Shown piece by piece: positions 8,762 through 18,513 of a DNA stretch of 38,874 nt (within the stretch, counting starts at the first letter, position 1; the number at the start of each line of letters is the position of its first letter). The DNA comes from Rickettsiales bacterium. Lineage in GTDB: Bacteria; Pseudomonadota; Alphaproteobacteria; Rickettsiales; UBA3002. The position numbers were made by a program, and so were the translations under genes. The stretch covers positions 1-38,874 of the forward strand of contig JBMOEL010000002.1 in assembly GCA_049314715.1 (NCBI GenBank). The letters run 5' to 3'. The notes under the pieces are model-generated. The model made no database searches, had not been told where the DNA came from, and saw nothing but the letters and a program-made list of their open reading frames with translations.

Positions 8762-11644
8762 ATGACAGAATTCATCTCCATCCGCGGCGCAAAACAGCAT
8801 AATCTTAAAAACGTCGACCTCGATATTCCCAAGAATAAACTGGTAGTTATTACGGGGCTTTCTGGCTCGGGTAAGTCCAGCTTGGCCTTTGATACGCTCT
8901 ATGCCGAAGGTCAGCGCCGCTATGTGGAATCACTCTCCGCCTATGCGCGCCAGTTTTTGAATATCCATGACAAGCCCGATGTGGAGAGCATCGAAGGCCT
9001 CTCGCCCGCGATTGCGATTGACCAGAAAACTACCAGCAAAAACCCGCGCTCGACCGTGGGTACTGTTACGGAAATCTACGACTATCTGCGTTTGCTGTAT
9101 GCGCGCATCGGCGTGCCCTACTCGCCCGCGACGGGTTTGCCGATTGAATCGCAGACCGTGACGCAAATGGTCGATGTAATTAAAGCATTGCCCGAAGGCA
9201 CGAAGCTTTATCTGCTTGCGCCCATTACGCGCGGGCAAAAGGGTGAACACCGCAAAGAACTGCTCGCCATGCAGAAAAAGGGCTTCACCCGCGCGAAGAT
9301 TGATGGGTCGTTTTACGAGATGCATGAGCTGCCTACGCTCGATAAAAACAAAAAGCATGACATTTCGATTGTAGTCGACCGTATCAAGGTATCGAGTGAG
9401 CTTGGCAATCGTTTAGCGGATTCGATTGAGACGGCGTTGAATATTGGCAATGGTCTCATCATGATAGAAATCGCCAGCGTCGCGGATGGTAAAAAGAAAG
9501 CGGCGCATAAAGAAGGTGATATCATCACCTTGTCGTCACAATTCGCTTGCCCTGTTTCGGGCTTTACGCTCGCTGAAATCGAGCCGCGTATTTTCTCCTT
9601 CAACTCGCCGTTTGGCGCCTGCCCAACCTGCGACGGCCTCGGCACCCAAATGTATTTCGACGAAGCATTGATTGTGCCAGACCCTAGTTTATCACTCGCC
9701 AATGGTGCCATTGCGCCGTGGAATTCGGGGCATGCAAAATTCTACCAGCAAGCACTTGAAGGTGTGGCCAAGCATTTCAAATTCAGCATGCTCACTGCGT
9801 TTAGAGAATTACCAGAAGACATCCAACACATCGTGCTGCATGGCTCAGACGAGCCCGTGAAAATCGCTTATTTTGATGGGTCACGTACCTTCCATAGCCA
9901 CAAGCCGTTTGAAGGCGTGATTGGCAATATGAAGCGCCGCTATATGGAGACGGATTCCGATTGGTCGCGCGAGGATATGGAAAAATACCAGTCCTTCTCG
10001 CCGTGTGAATCCTGCCATGGCGCGCGTCTGAAGCCAGAGGCTCTGTGCGTCAAAATCGCTGAGCATGATATTTCGCAAGTCTGCGAGATGACCATTGAGG
10101 CCGCAGGCAAATGGTTCGCCGCACTACCTAAGAAACTTAACGCGAAGAATAATAAAATTGCTGAGAAAGTACTCAAAGAAATTCGCGAGCGTTTAGGTTT
10201 CTTGGAAAATGTCGGCTTGGATTATCTCACGCTTAAGCGCGAATCAGGTACACTTTCGGGCGGTGAGGCGCAGCGCATTCGCCTTGCCTCACAAATCGGC
10301 TCAGGCCTTTCAGGTGTTGTCTACGTGCTCGATGAGCCCTCGATTGGTTTGCACCAGTGCGACAATGACCGCTTGCTTTCTACCCTTCAGCATCTGCGTG
10401 ATTTGGGCAATACAGTGATTGTGGTAGAGCATGACGAAGATACGATGCGTCGTGCCGATTACCTGATCGATATGGGACTCGGCGCAGGGATTCATGGCGG
10501 CAAGGTGATCGCGCAAGGTACACCGAAGCAAGTCGAGAACACCAAAGAATCGATTACGGGACAATATTTGTCGGGCGTGCGGACAATTGATGTGCCGAGT
10601 GAACGTCGCCAAGGTTATAAACTGAAATCGATTCGCATCAAAGGCGCGCGCGCGAATAACTTAAAATCTATCAATGTTGAGTTCCCGCTTGGCTTATTCA
10701 CGTGTGTGACGGGCGTTTCGGGCGGCGGCAAATCGTCGCTGGTGATTGAGACGCTTTATAAAGCCGTAACCAAGCGTTTACATGGCACCAAAGTCACCCC
10801 AGGTGCGCATGATAAAATCGAGGGCTTGGAATTCATCGATAAGATTATTGAGATTGACCAATCACCGATTGGCCGCACGCCGCGCTCGAATCCTGTGACG
10901 TATACGGGCGCATTCCAGCCGATTCGCGATTGGTTTGCAGGCTTGCCAGAATCCAAATCACGTGGCTATGCACCGGGGCGTTTCAGCTTCAATGTGAAGG
11001 GCGGACGTTGCGAAGCCTGCCAAGGTGACGGCATGATCAAAATCGAAATGCACTTCCTGCCGGATGTGTATGTGACCTGTGATCAATGTAAAGGCATGCG
11101 CTATAACCGCGAGACGATGGAAGTGAAGTATAAAGACAAATCGATTGCCGATGTACTGAACATGACCGTGGATGAAGCAGCAGAGTATTTCACCGCGCAC
11201 CCAAGCATCCGCGAAAAACTCCTCGCGCTCAAAGAAGTGGGCTTGGGGTATATTCGCCTTGGCCAATCCGCGACGACCTTGTCGGGTGGTGAGGCGCAGC
11301 GCATTAAGCTTGCCAAAGAACTTTCCAAACGCGCCACTGGCAAAACGCTCTATATCCTCGATGAGCCGACGACTGGTCTGCATAGCGACGATATTAAAAA
11401 GCTGCTCGGCGTGCTTCACAAGCTGGTCGATTCGGGCAATACGCTGGTGGTCATCGAGCATAATCTCGACGTCATTAAGACAGCGGATTATATTGTCGAT
11501 ATCGGCCCTGCGGGTGGCCATAAAGGTGGGCAAGTTGTGGCAACAGGAACACCTGAAGAAGTCGCCACGAATGCCAAAAGCATCACAGGTCAATATCTGA
11601 AGCCGTTATTGGTGAAGAAAGAAAAGCCAAAGAAGCGCGCGTAG
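8762..11644 (+). CDS. uvrA: Excinuclease ABC subunit A
   Basis: Two ABC ATPase modules ([24 protein letters not shown] x2) and Zn fingers; divergent from ssb. Confidence 0.98.
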   Translation: MTEFISIRGAKQHNLKNVDLDIPKNKLVVITGLSGSGKSSLAFDTLYAEGQRRYVESLSAYARQFLNIHDKPDVESIEGLSPAIAIDQKTTSKNPRSTVGTVTEIYDYLRLLYARIGVPYSPATGLPIESQTVTQMVDVIKALPEGTKLYLLAPITRGQKGEHRKELLAMQKKGFTRAKIDGSFYEMHELPTLDKNKKHDISIVVDRIKVSSELGNRLADSIETALNIGNGLIMIEIASVADGKKKAAHKEGDIITLSSQFACPVSGFTLAEIEPRIFSFNSPFGACPTCDGLGTQMYFDEALIVPDPSLSLANGAIAPWNSGHAKFYQQALEGVAKHFKFSMLTAFRELPEDIQHIVLHGSDEPVKIAYFDGSRTFHSHKPFEGVIGNMKRRYMETDSDWSREDMEKYQSFSPCESCHGARLKPEALCVKIAEHDISQVCEMTIEAAGKWFAALPKKLNAKNNKIAEKVLKEIRERLGFLENVGLDYLTLKRESGTLSGGEAQRIRLASQIGSGLSGVVYVLDEPSIGLHQCDNDRLLSTLQHLRDLGNTVIVVEHDEDTMRRADYLIDMGLGAGIHGGKVIAQGTPKQVENTKESITGQYLSGVRTIDVPSERRQGYKLKSIRIKGARANNLKSINVEFPLGLFTCVTGVSGGGKSSLVIETLYKAVTKRLHGTKVTPGAHDKIEGLEFIDKIIEIDQSPIGRTPRSNPVTYTGAFQPIRDWFAGLPESKSRGYAPGRFSFNVKGGRCEACQGDGMIKIEMHFLPDVYVTCDQCKGMRYNRETMEVKYKDKSIADVLNMTVDEAAEYFTAHPSIREKLLALKEVGLGYIRLGQSATTLSGGEAQRIKLAKELSKRATGKTLYILDEPTTGLHSDDIKKLLGVLHKLVDSGNTLVVIEHNLDVIKTADYIVDIGPAGGHKGGQVVATGTPEEVATNAKSITGQYLKPLLVKKEKPKKRA

Positions 11645-11732
11645 TTTTTTAATGCTCCGGACATCGTCATACTGACTAGTCCTACGCGCCGCTTCGCGGG
11701 CTCATGGCTGACTCGCGCCTACTGCGCTCGAA

Positions 11733-12479
11733 TCACGGGATAATGCCCCTCACCGCATAAATTAGGAATTCAACATTGCCTTTTGGCCCCGTGATGGGGC
11801 TGGTGGTGATGCCTTGTACTTCCCAACCTTGCTCGACAATCCAATGGCGAATGTCTTCACACACCGTGTGATGAATCGCTGCGTCGCGCACCACGCCTTT
11901 ACCACGGCTAACAATTTCTTTACCCACTTCAAATTGTGGTTTGATAAGGGCGATGAGTTTTGCCTTTGGCTTGGCGAGTGCCATGACTGCGGGCAGAACT
12001 TTTTTGAGCGAGATGAAACTCGCATCACAGACGATGCTGTCGAGCACATCGGGAATCTGCTCGCTTGTCAGATTCCGCGCATTGGTTTCTTCCATCACGA
12101 CCACACGACTATCATGGCGCAATTTTACATCGAGCTGTCCATGCCCCACATCCACCGCATAGACTTTGGCAGCACCGTGATGGAGCAACACATCGGTAAA
12201 TCCGCCAGTGCTGGAGCCAATGTCCGCCACCACCTCATCTTTTACCTTAAGTTTAAAATGGTCGATAGCGTGGGCTAGTTTCATTCCCCCGCGCGATACC
12301 CACGGGTGTTCTTTGCCGCGCACGTTCAGTTCGATTTCATCATCGAATTGCTGGCCTGCTTTATCGAGTTTTTTCTCACCCTGATAGACCAGCCCCGCCA
12401 TAATCAGCGCCTGCGCTTTCGTGCGCGTCTCAGCGAGTCCGCGTTCGACAAGTAATTGGTCTAATCTGGATTTGCTCAC
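11733..12479 (-). CDS. tlyA: TlyA-family rRNA 2'-O-methyltransferase
   Basis: S4 domain (RLDQLLVERGL), WVSRGGMKL, DIGSSTGGFTD, LIKPQFE, SPITGPKGNVEF; GTG start overlaps the ispA stop. Confidence 0.95.
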   Translation of the reverse strand: MSKSRLDQLLVERGLAETRTKAQALIMAGLVYQGEKKLDKAGQQFDDEIELNVRGKEHPWVSRGGMKLAHAIDHFKLKVKDEVVADIGSSTGGFTDVLLHHGAAKVYAVDVGHGQLDVKLRHDSRVVVMEETNARNLTSEQIPDVLDSIVCDASFISLKKVLPAVMALAKPKAKLIALIKPQFEVGKEIVSRGKGVVRDAAIHHTVCEDIRHWIVEQGWEVQGITTSPITGPKGNVEFLIYAVRGIIP

Positions 12480-13438
12480 TAGCTCTTACGAGTGACAACG
12501 TAGCTTGCTAATGCACGCAGCGAATCAGCGCGGTTATCGAATGGCGAGAGGTGCTCGATTGCTTGTTTGGCCAGCGTGTTGGCTTGTTCGCGCGCGCGTT
12601 CAATACCAAGCGCGCTAATCAAGGTGGCTTTGCCTTTAGCTGCGTCTTTCTTCACGCCTTTGCCCGTGCTGGTGCGTGTGCCCTCAACGTCCAGCAAGTC
12701 GTCGGTAATTTGGAAGGCTAAGCCCATATCATGCGCATAGCGCGAGAGGCGTGAACGCATCGCGTCTGGCGCTTTGCCCAAAATCGCGCCGACTTCGCAC
12801 GACACGGCGAAGAGTTCACCCGTTTTGAGGCGCTGGAGGCGAATCACTTCATCCACCGACATGGTTTGATGCTCAGCATCCAGATCCATCATCTGCCCGC
12901 CGACCATACCGCGCACGCCCGATGCGCGTGCCAGCGAACGAATCAACTCGCAGCGCACGTTGGCGTCCGCATGCACGCTGGGGTGCGAGAGCACTTCGAA
13001 TGCGTAGGTAAGAAGCGCGTCACCCGCGAGAATCGCTGCGGCTTCGCCGAATTGTTTATGACAGCTTGGTTTGCCGCGACGGAAATCGTCATTATCCATG
13101 GCGGGCAAATCGTCATGCACTAGTGAGTAAGTGTGCACGAATTCAATCGCTGCGGCGGTCATCATCGCCGCGTCGGGATTCACGCCGAAGAGGTTCGCAC
13201 TTTCCACGGTGAGGAATGGGCGCAAACGTTTACCACCCGCAAGCGCGCTATAACGCATCGCCTCCATCACTTTGGTTTCACCGCGCATTTCCACTTCGCC
13301 CGTGTCACTTTCGGTTTCGCGGCTATGCAGCGAGATGACCTTATTCGCCATTGCCAGATTGCTTGGCAGTAAATCGTCCATCACGCGGTCGAGCTTTTCG
13401 GAAATTTCGGCTAATGATTTTTGTAAATTGGCTGACAT
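12479..13438 (-). CDS. ispA: Farnesyl-diphosphate synthase (geranyltranstransferase)
   Basis: GGKRLRP, HDDLPAMDNDDFRRGKPS, FQITDDLLD. Confidence 0.96.
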   Translation of the reverse strand: MSANLQKSLAEISEKLDRVMDDLLPSNLAMANKVISLHSRETESDTGEVEMRGETKVMEAMRYSALAGGKRLRPFLTVESANLFGVNPDAAMMTAAAIEFVHTYSLVHDDLPAMDNDDFRRGKPSCHKQFGEAAAILAGDALLTYAFEVLSHPSVHADANVRCELIRSLARASGVRGMVGGQMMDLDAEHQTMSVDEVIRLQRLKTGELFAVSCEVGAILGKAPDAMRSRLSRYAHDMGLAFQITDDLLDVEGTRTSTGKGVKKDAAKGKATLISALGIERAREQANTLAKQAIEHLSPFDNRADSLRALASYVVTRKS

Positions 13439-13440
13439 GA

Positions 13441-13701
13441 TTATTCCTTTGAATCAAATTCACTGACACCCAACGCGCCATCCGCACCTTTGGTGATTTT
13501 CTCGACTTTCAATTTCGCCTCGTTCAGTTTTTTGAGGCAGTGGTCGCGCAATTGCGCACCGCGTGTGTAGTCGGTAATCGACTTTTCCAAATCGGTCTGC
13601 CCAGACTCCAGCCCGCGCACGATTGTTTCCAGCTCCTTGAGGGCTTGCTCAAAGCTGAGGTCTTTCAACGCATCGGGGGATTCAGCGGCGGCTTTAGCCA
13701 T
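13441..13701 (-). CDS. xseB: Exodeoxyribonuclease VII small subunit
   Basis: SFEQALKELETIVRGLESG...LE; upstream of ispA. Confidence 0.95.
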   Translation of the reverse strand: MAKAAAESPDALKDLSFEQALKELETIVRGLESGQTDLEKSITDYTRGAQLRDHCLKKLNEAKLKVEKITKGADGALGVSEFDSKE

Positions 13702-13828
13702 GGATTTCCTTATATTTAAGAGCGGCTAATATACGTATTTTTCGTTTTTAATCAACGGGGATAGTGGTGGTATCCACATACAGCCAATACTAGAATTATC
13801 GAATAAATACAATCTATTAAAATTCTAC

Positions 13829-13857
13829 TTGCAACTCATTATTACTTGCAATACATC
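13829..13857 (+). promoter_or_regulatory. Promoter overlapped by a Fur-box-like inverted repeat
   Basis: TTGCAA-CTCATTATTAC-TTGCAA (13829-13851) is an imperfect palindrome. TTGCAA-N17-TACATC fits -35/-10. Confidence 0.55.
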
Positions 13858-13863
13858 TTCCGC

Positions 13864-13919
13864 TATCAATTCTGTGTCTCTTATACGCCCTGCGCTTTCA
13901 CTAGCGCGGGGCTTTTTTT
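13864..13919 (+). ncRNA. Candidate small regulatory RNA (~55 nt)
   Basis: Lies between the predicted promoter and an intrinsic terminator, with no ORF. CAATTCTGTG (13867-13876) is complementary to the sdhC RBS. Confidence 0.5.
13887..13919 (+). terminator. Rho-independent terminator
   Basis: GCCCTGCGCT-ttcact-AGCGCGGGGC (10 bp, one G.U) followed by T7. Confidence 0.75.
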
Positions 13920-13936
13920 ATGCTACATAGCCCGCC

Positions 13937-15289
13937 ATGTTTGATTCACTTTCAAAACGTCTGAGCGCATCCTTTGACAAACTTCGTAGTCGCGGCACCT
14001 TGAGTGAAGCGGATGTGGATGCAGCGTTGCGCGATATTCGCATGGCGTTGATTGAGGCGGATGTCGCCTTGCCCGTTGCCAAAGAATTCATCGCCAGCCT
14101 CAAAGAAAAAATCGTCGGTGAGAAAATCGTTGCGAGTGTTTCACCCGGTCAGATGGTTGTGAAGCTGGTGCATGATGCGCTGGTGCAATTGCTTGGCAGT
14201 GAGACCGCAGAAATTAATTTGCACACCTCCCCACCTGCAGTGATTTTGATGTGCGGTTTGCAAGGTTCGGGCAAAACCACCAGCACGGGTAAACTCGCCA
14301 AACGCCTCAAAGAAAAGCAGCGCAAGAAAGTATTGGTCGCCTCGCTCGATATTTACCGCCCTGCCGCACAGGAGCAGCTGGCAACCGTTGCGAAGGCGGC
14401 GGATGTAACGTCGCTGCCGATTGTTGTAGGCGAAAAACCTGAAACTATCACTATGCGCGCGCTGCAGATGGCGCGCACCGAAGGTTACGACGTGCTGCTA
14501 CTCGATACCGCAGGTCGTTTGCATATTGATGATGTCTTGATGGACGAGCTGAAGGCCGTGCGCGATTTGGCAAAACCAATCGAGACATTGTTGGTTGCGG
14601 ATTCGTTGACGGGACAAGATGCGGTGAATATCGCCAAGGCGTTTCATGAGTCGATTGGTGTGACGGGTATTATTCTCACACGTCTGGATGGTGATGGGCG
14701 TGGTGGTGCGGCACTGTCGATGAAACATATTACCGGTCAGCCAATTAAATTCGCCGGTATGGGCGAGAAGCTGGATGAGTTTGAAGTTTTCCACCCCGAG
14801 CGCATTGCCAGCCGCATTCTCGATATGGGTGACGTGGTGAGCTTCGTAGAAAAAGCTGCCGAGAATTTTAGCGAGCAAGACGCCAAAGCAGCAATGGAAA
14901 AAATGCAGTCGGGCAAGTTCGATATGAACGACATGCTGCAGCAGATGAAACAAATCCAGAAAATGGGTGGCATGGGCGCGATGCTCAATATGCTGCCGGG
15001 TGCTGCTAAAATTCAAGAAGCGATGAAAGGCCAAAGCATCGATGAAAAACGCATCAAGCATCAAGAGGCGATGATTTTGTCTATGACCAAGGCAGAGCGC
15101 GCTAACCCGAATTTACTTAATGCTTCCCGCCGCCGCCGCATCGCGATTGGTGCAGGGCGCACGGTGCAGGAGTTGAACCAGCTCATCAAGCAGTACCAGC
15201 AAATGGAAACCATGATGAAGCAAATGAAGAAAATGGGCATGAAAGGCTTGGCCAACCCAGCGAATCTCAAGCGATTATTTGGGGGTTAG
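13937..15289 (+). CDS. ffh: Signal recognition particle protein Ffh
   Basis: GLQGSGKTT, DIYRPAA, DTAGR, RLDGDGRGG and Met-rich M domain. Confidence 0.98.
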   Translation: MFDSLSKRLSASFDKLRSRGTLSEADVDAALRDIRMALIEADVALPVAKEFIASLKEKIVGEKIVASVSPGQMVVKLVHDALVQLLGSETAEINLHTSPPAVILMCGLQGSGKTTSTGKLAKRLKEKQRKKVLVASLDIYRPAAQEQLATVAKAADVTSLPIVVGEKPETITMRALQMARTEGYDVLLLDTAGRLHIDDVLMDELKAVRDLAKPIETLLVADSLTGQDAVNIAKAFHESIGVTGIILTRLDGDGRGGAALSMKHITGQPIKFAGMGEKLDEFEVFHPERIASRILDMGDVVSFVEKAAENFSEQDAKAAMEKMQSGKFDMNDMLQQMKQIQKMGGMGAMLNMLPGAAKIQEAMKGQSIDEKRIKHQEAMILSMTKAERANPNLLNASRRRRIAIGAGRTVQELNQLIKQYQQMETMMKQMKKMGMKGLANPANLKRLFGG

Positions 15290-16092
15290 TGAATGGTTTC
15301 GCCAGTTCCATTACCACCACGCGCCCAACCTTCTCCGCTCGGCGGCTTTATACGAGGCTCAAATAAACCGTTAATTCTATCCCACTCCGTATTCATCAAA
15401 GTAGCCATTTCACGACACACGTCAGATGCTCTAAGATATCCTATCGCCTCCATTACCTGAGGCATGGTGTCTGTAATTTCATTTTGCGTCGTTGCTGGTA
15501 ACTTATCCCAAGTTAAGCGAAACCGATCAAGTAACGTCTTGGCTTCTTTTGGATTATTTGCTAAATTTTCACCTTCGCGGAACCAGTCATACACATCTTG
15601 CATCTGAACTGCCAGAGGATGTGAAATACGCTCTAAATCATTCATGTCTTTCATGTCTGCTTCAAGTGCTGATTGCATGTTTTCTGACGTCAGTTCACTC
15701 AAATACGCCGTTTGTTGCGAACGTAAGTTCTGCGCGCAGAAATGAAACCACTCTTGTCTATTAATCGCTCCGGGATGTGCTGATGGGGTAGACTTCACCA
15801 TTCGTGATAACACTAGTGGCGCCATTTTTTTAAGTGTTTCAATTGGTGTTATTTCACCTTCAAGGACATGGCCTTTGCTCATCAAAAAATCACGCGACTG
15901 AATTGCCATCTCTGTGAAATGTTCAAATGTTTCCCGTCTATCTTCATTATTGAAATTAACACTACTCTCCGTAGGCTCTGCATCTAATACAGGAAACGCA
16001 TCCTTCATGTTTCCCCTTGCCGCTTCCAACCTATCGGCAAAGGCGAACATGTCTATTATGAGGGGTTCTTGGGGCTGTTCCATTCTGTCCAT
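15286..16092 (-). CDS. Hypothetical protein (orphan, helical, acidic)
   Basis: 268-aa ORF filling the ffh-rpsP gap and visibly AT-richer than its neighbours; no family recognised. Confidence 0.75.
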   Translation of the reverse strand: MDRMEQPQEPLIIDMFAFADRLEAARGNMKDAFPVLDAEPTESSVNFNNEDRRETFEHFTEMAIQSRDFLMSKGHVLEGEITPIETLKKMAPLVLSRMVKSTPSAHPGAINRQEWFHFCAQNLRSQQTAYLSELTSENMQSALEADMKDMNDLERISHPLAVQMQDVYDWFREGENLANNPKEAKTLLDRFRLTWDKLPATTQNEITDTMPQVMEAIGYLRASDVCREMATLMNTEWDRINGLFEPRIKPPSGEGWARGGNGTGETIH

Positions 16093-16125
16093 ATCATTAT
16101 CTTACCATAACCTATTGAAATAGTT

Positions 16126-16141
16126 GTGAAGATTTTGTTAC
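16126..16141 (-). promoter_or_regulatory. Shared direct-repeat motif GTAA-N7-TTCAC
   Basis: GTAACAAAATCTTCAC, 33 nt before the ATG at 16092. Confidence 0.55.
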
Positions 16142-16249
16142 AACATATGGGGTAGAAAAACACTGGATTTTCGTGAGAAAGCGCGTATAACCCCCCACTC
16201 TTCTTGGGTACATGGGCAATTCAGCCCAACCGAAAGATGGAGTTTACAT

Positions 16250-16687
16250 ATGCCTACAGTTATTCGTTTATCCCGTGGTGGCGCAAAAAAACGCCCATTC
16301 TACCGTATCGTCGTTGCTGACAGCCGCAAACCCCGCGATGGTGATTTCATTGAGCGTTTGGGTACCTTCAACCCCCTACTTGCCAAAGATAATAAAGACC
16401 GCCTCGTTATTAACAACGAGCGTGCTGGTCACTGGATCAAAGTTGGTGCACAGCCTTCCGAGCGCGTCGCGCGCATTTTGGCGGACTTGGGCATCACCAA
16501 AAAGCCTGACGTTGCTGGCAAGCCTGCCAAGCCACGCAAAAAGGCTGACAAGCTGACCCGTAAAGAGAAAGCGGCTGCCGCAGAACTCGAAGCAAAAGCA
16601 CAAGCAGAAGCTGAAAAAGCTGCTGCCGCTGAAGCGCCTGCTGCTCCTGAAGCTGCTCCTGCTGCTGAAGAAGCGCCGGCAGCGTAA
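16250..16687 (+). CDS. rpsP: 30S ribosomal protein S16 (Ala/Glu/Lys-rich C-terminal extension)
   Basis: [27 protein letters not shown]. Confidence 0.98.
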   Translation: MPTVIRLSRGGAKKRPFYRIVVADSRKPRDGDFIERLGTFNPLLAKDNKDRLVINNERAGHWIKVGAQPSERVARILADLGITKKPDVAGKPAKPRKKADKLTRKEKAAAAELEAKAQAEAEKAAAAEAPAAPEAAPAAEEAPAA

Positions 16688-16695
16688 GGAACCCC

Positions 16696-16767
16696 ATGGA
16701 AATCGCCGTCGCAATTGCAGGCGTGATTCTTGGAGTGTTCGGAATTATCGAACATTTCGGGCTCTAA
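16696..16767 (+). CDS. Candidate 23-aa single-pass small membrane protein
   Basis: MEIAVAIAGVILGVFGIIEHFGL; TAAGGA SD 5 nt upstream; fills the rpsP-rimM gap and ends 3 nt before the rimM ATG. Confidence 0.6.
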   Translation: MEIAVAIAGVILGVFGIIEHFGL

Positions 16768-16770
16768 GCA

Positions 16771-17289
16771 ATGATTTCTGATGATTTTGTTGAACTTGCG
16801 GTGGTGACCTCCCCGCATGGGGTGAGTGGTCGCGTCAAAATCAAATCCTTTGCCAGCCCACCAGAATCCTTCGCGGTTCCTGAATTGACGGATGCATCGG
16901 GCAATCCTGTGCGCCTCAAAATCACGGGTGGTGAGGGTACCGTATTCATTGCCGCGATTGAGGGATTGAGACGCCGCGAAGACGCGGAGTTATGGCGTGG
17001 CAAAAAACTTGGCGTGTCGCGCAGCGCATTGGTAGACACACGCAAAGAAGGTGAATTTTTCGTAACAGATATGATTGGTATTCCCGTCTCTTTGGAAACT
17101 GGTGAGAATTTTGGTGTTATCAAAGCAGTCTATAATTTCGGTGCGGGCGATATATTAGAGATTACAAAAACCGATGGTAGCGATGAGATGTTCTCATTCA
17201 ATACAGCTACCTTCCCTACTATTGATGTCGCGGCGAAACGCATTGTGATTATGCCACCCGAAATTATCCGTGGAGAGGAACATGACTAA
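16771..17289 (+). CDS. rimM: Ribosome maturation factor RimM
   Basis: PHGVSGRVK, EGEFF, NFGAGDILEI; rpsP-rimM-trmD-rplS synteny. Confidence 0.95.
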   Translation: MISDDFVELAVVTSPHGVSGRVKIKSFASPPESFAVPELTDASGNPVRLKITGGEGTVFIAAIEGLRRREDAELWRGKKLGVSRSALVDTRKEGEFFVTDMIGIPVSLETGENFGVIKAVYNFGAGDILEITKTDGSDEMFSFNTATFPTIDVAAKRIVIMPPEIIRGEEHD

Positions 17290-17992
17290 GCCGTGGGAAG
17301 TGGCCGTCATTACCCTGATGCCTGATATGTATCCTGGGCCGCTGGGGCATTCACTCATCGGTGATGCGCTGGAAAATGGCACGTGGAAACTCACGACTAT
17401 TAACTTACGTGACTATGGTATTGGTAAACATCAGGTGGTGGATGATTCACCCTATGGCGGCGGTGCGGGCATGGTGATTAAGCCCGATGTCATGGATACT
17501 GCGATTACGGAAGCGAAAAAACGCGTGCCCGACGCGCTGCTTGTGCACCTCACCCCACGCGGTGAGCGCCTTACGCAGCCCATGCTAAAAGAGTTTACCA
17601 ATCAACCACTCATTCTTATCTGTGGGCGCTATGAGGCGATTGATGAGCGGGTTATCGAAAAACATGCGCCGCGCGAAGTATCATTGGGCGATTTTGTGCT
17701 CACGGGCGGCGACATCCCAGCCATGGCGATTATTGAGGGTACCGTGCGCCTGCTGCCGGATGTGGTTGGCGACGTAGCCAGTTTAGGCGAGGAAAGCTTC
17801 GGACTACATGAGGAATATCAATATCTTCTAGAATATCCGCATTATACCAAACCTGCCGAATGGGACGGAAAAACCGTGCCAGATGTGTTGGTGAGCGGCC
17901 ATCACAAGAATATTGATGCCTGGCGCAAGGCGCAGGCCGAGGCTATGACCCAGAAAAACCGCCCTGATTTATGGGAAAAGTATAAAAAATAG
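17282..17992 (+). CDS. trmD: tRNA (guanine-N1)-methyltransferase
   Basis: [41 protein letters not shown]. Confidence 0.97.
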   Translation: MTKPWEVAVITLMPDMYPGPLGHSLIGDALENGTWKLTTINLRDYGIGKHQVVDDSPYGGGAGMVIKPDVMDTAITEAKKRVPDALLVHLTPRGERLTQPMLKEFTNQPLILICGRYEAIDERVIEKHAPREVSLGDFVLTGGDIPAMAIIEGTVRLLPDVVGDVASLGEESFGLHEEYQYLLEYPHYTKPAEWDGKTVPDVLVSGHHKNIDAWRKAQAEAMTQKNRPDLWEKYKK

Positions 17993-18069
17993 CGAAGCGC
18001 TTGACATACGAGTCAAAATACCCCAATAAGCCCTTCCCGCGCGGCAGACGCGCCCGAAAGAGAGCTATT

Positions 18070-18474
18070 ATGAATATTGTACAGCAATTAGAAGCCGAGC
18101 AACTGGCAAAAGCAACCGCAGGCAAGCGCATTGATGCGTTTGAAGCAGGCGACATCGTGCGCGTGAACGTGCGCATTATCGAGGGTAGCAACGAGCGTAT
18201 TCAGGCGTTCGAAGGCCTCGTGATTGCAAAGAAAAATGCTGGCATTAACTCATCCGTTACCGTGCGTAAAGTAAGCCACGGTGAAGGTGTAGAGCGTATT
18301 TTCCCGACCTTCTCACCACGTCTGGATTCGATTGAAAAAATCCGTGGCGGGGAAGTGCGTCGTGCGAAATTGTACTACCTGCGTGGTCTTACCGGCCGTG
18401 CAGCACGTATTAAAGAAAAGCGTTCGGTGGTTGTTCCGGGTGCAGATAACGCTGGCAGCGAAGCCCAAGCGTAA
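18070..18474 (+). CDS. rplS: 50S ribosomal protein L19
   Basis: [27 protein letters not shown]; start set at MNIVQQ. Confidence 0.97.
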   Translation: MNIVQQLEAEQLAKATAGKRIDAFEAGDIVRVNVRIIEGSNERIQAFEGLVIAKKNAGINSSVTVRKVSHGEGVERIFPTFSPRLDSIEKIRGGEVRRAKLYYLRGLTGRAARIKEKRSVVVPGADNAGSEAQA

Positions 18475-18513
18475 TCACGTCTTTCACGATTTTGATGATT
18501 GGAAAGTCTTCGC

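Noticed and set aside
13875-13886. TGTCTCTTATAC matches 12 nt of the 19-nt Tn5/Nextera mosaic end
   Set aside because: Both flanks diverge from the adapter, the site is internal, and it runs directly into a coherent terminator stem. Probably chance, but worth checking in reads because it lies in the sRNA candidate.
18475-18513. Leucine attenuator before leuC
   Set aside because: Only 39 nt, with no Leu-rich leader peptide or terminator.
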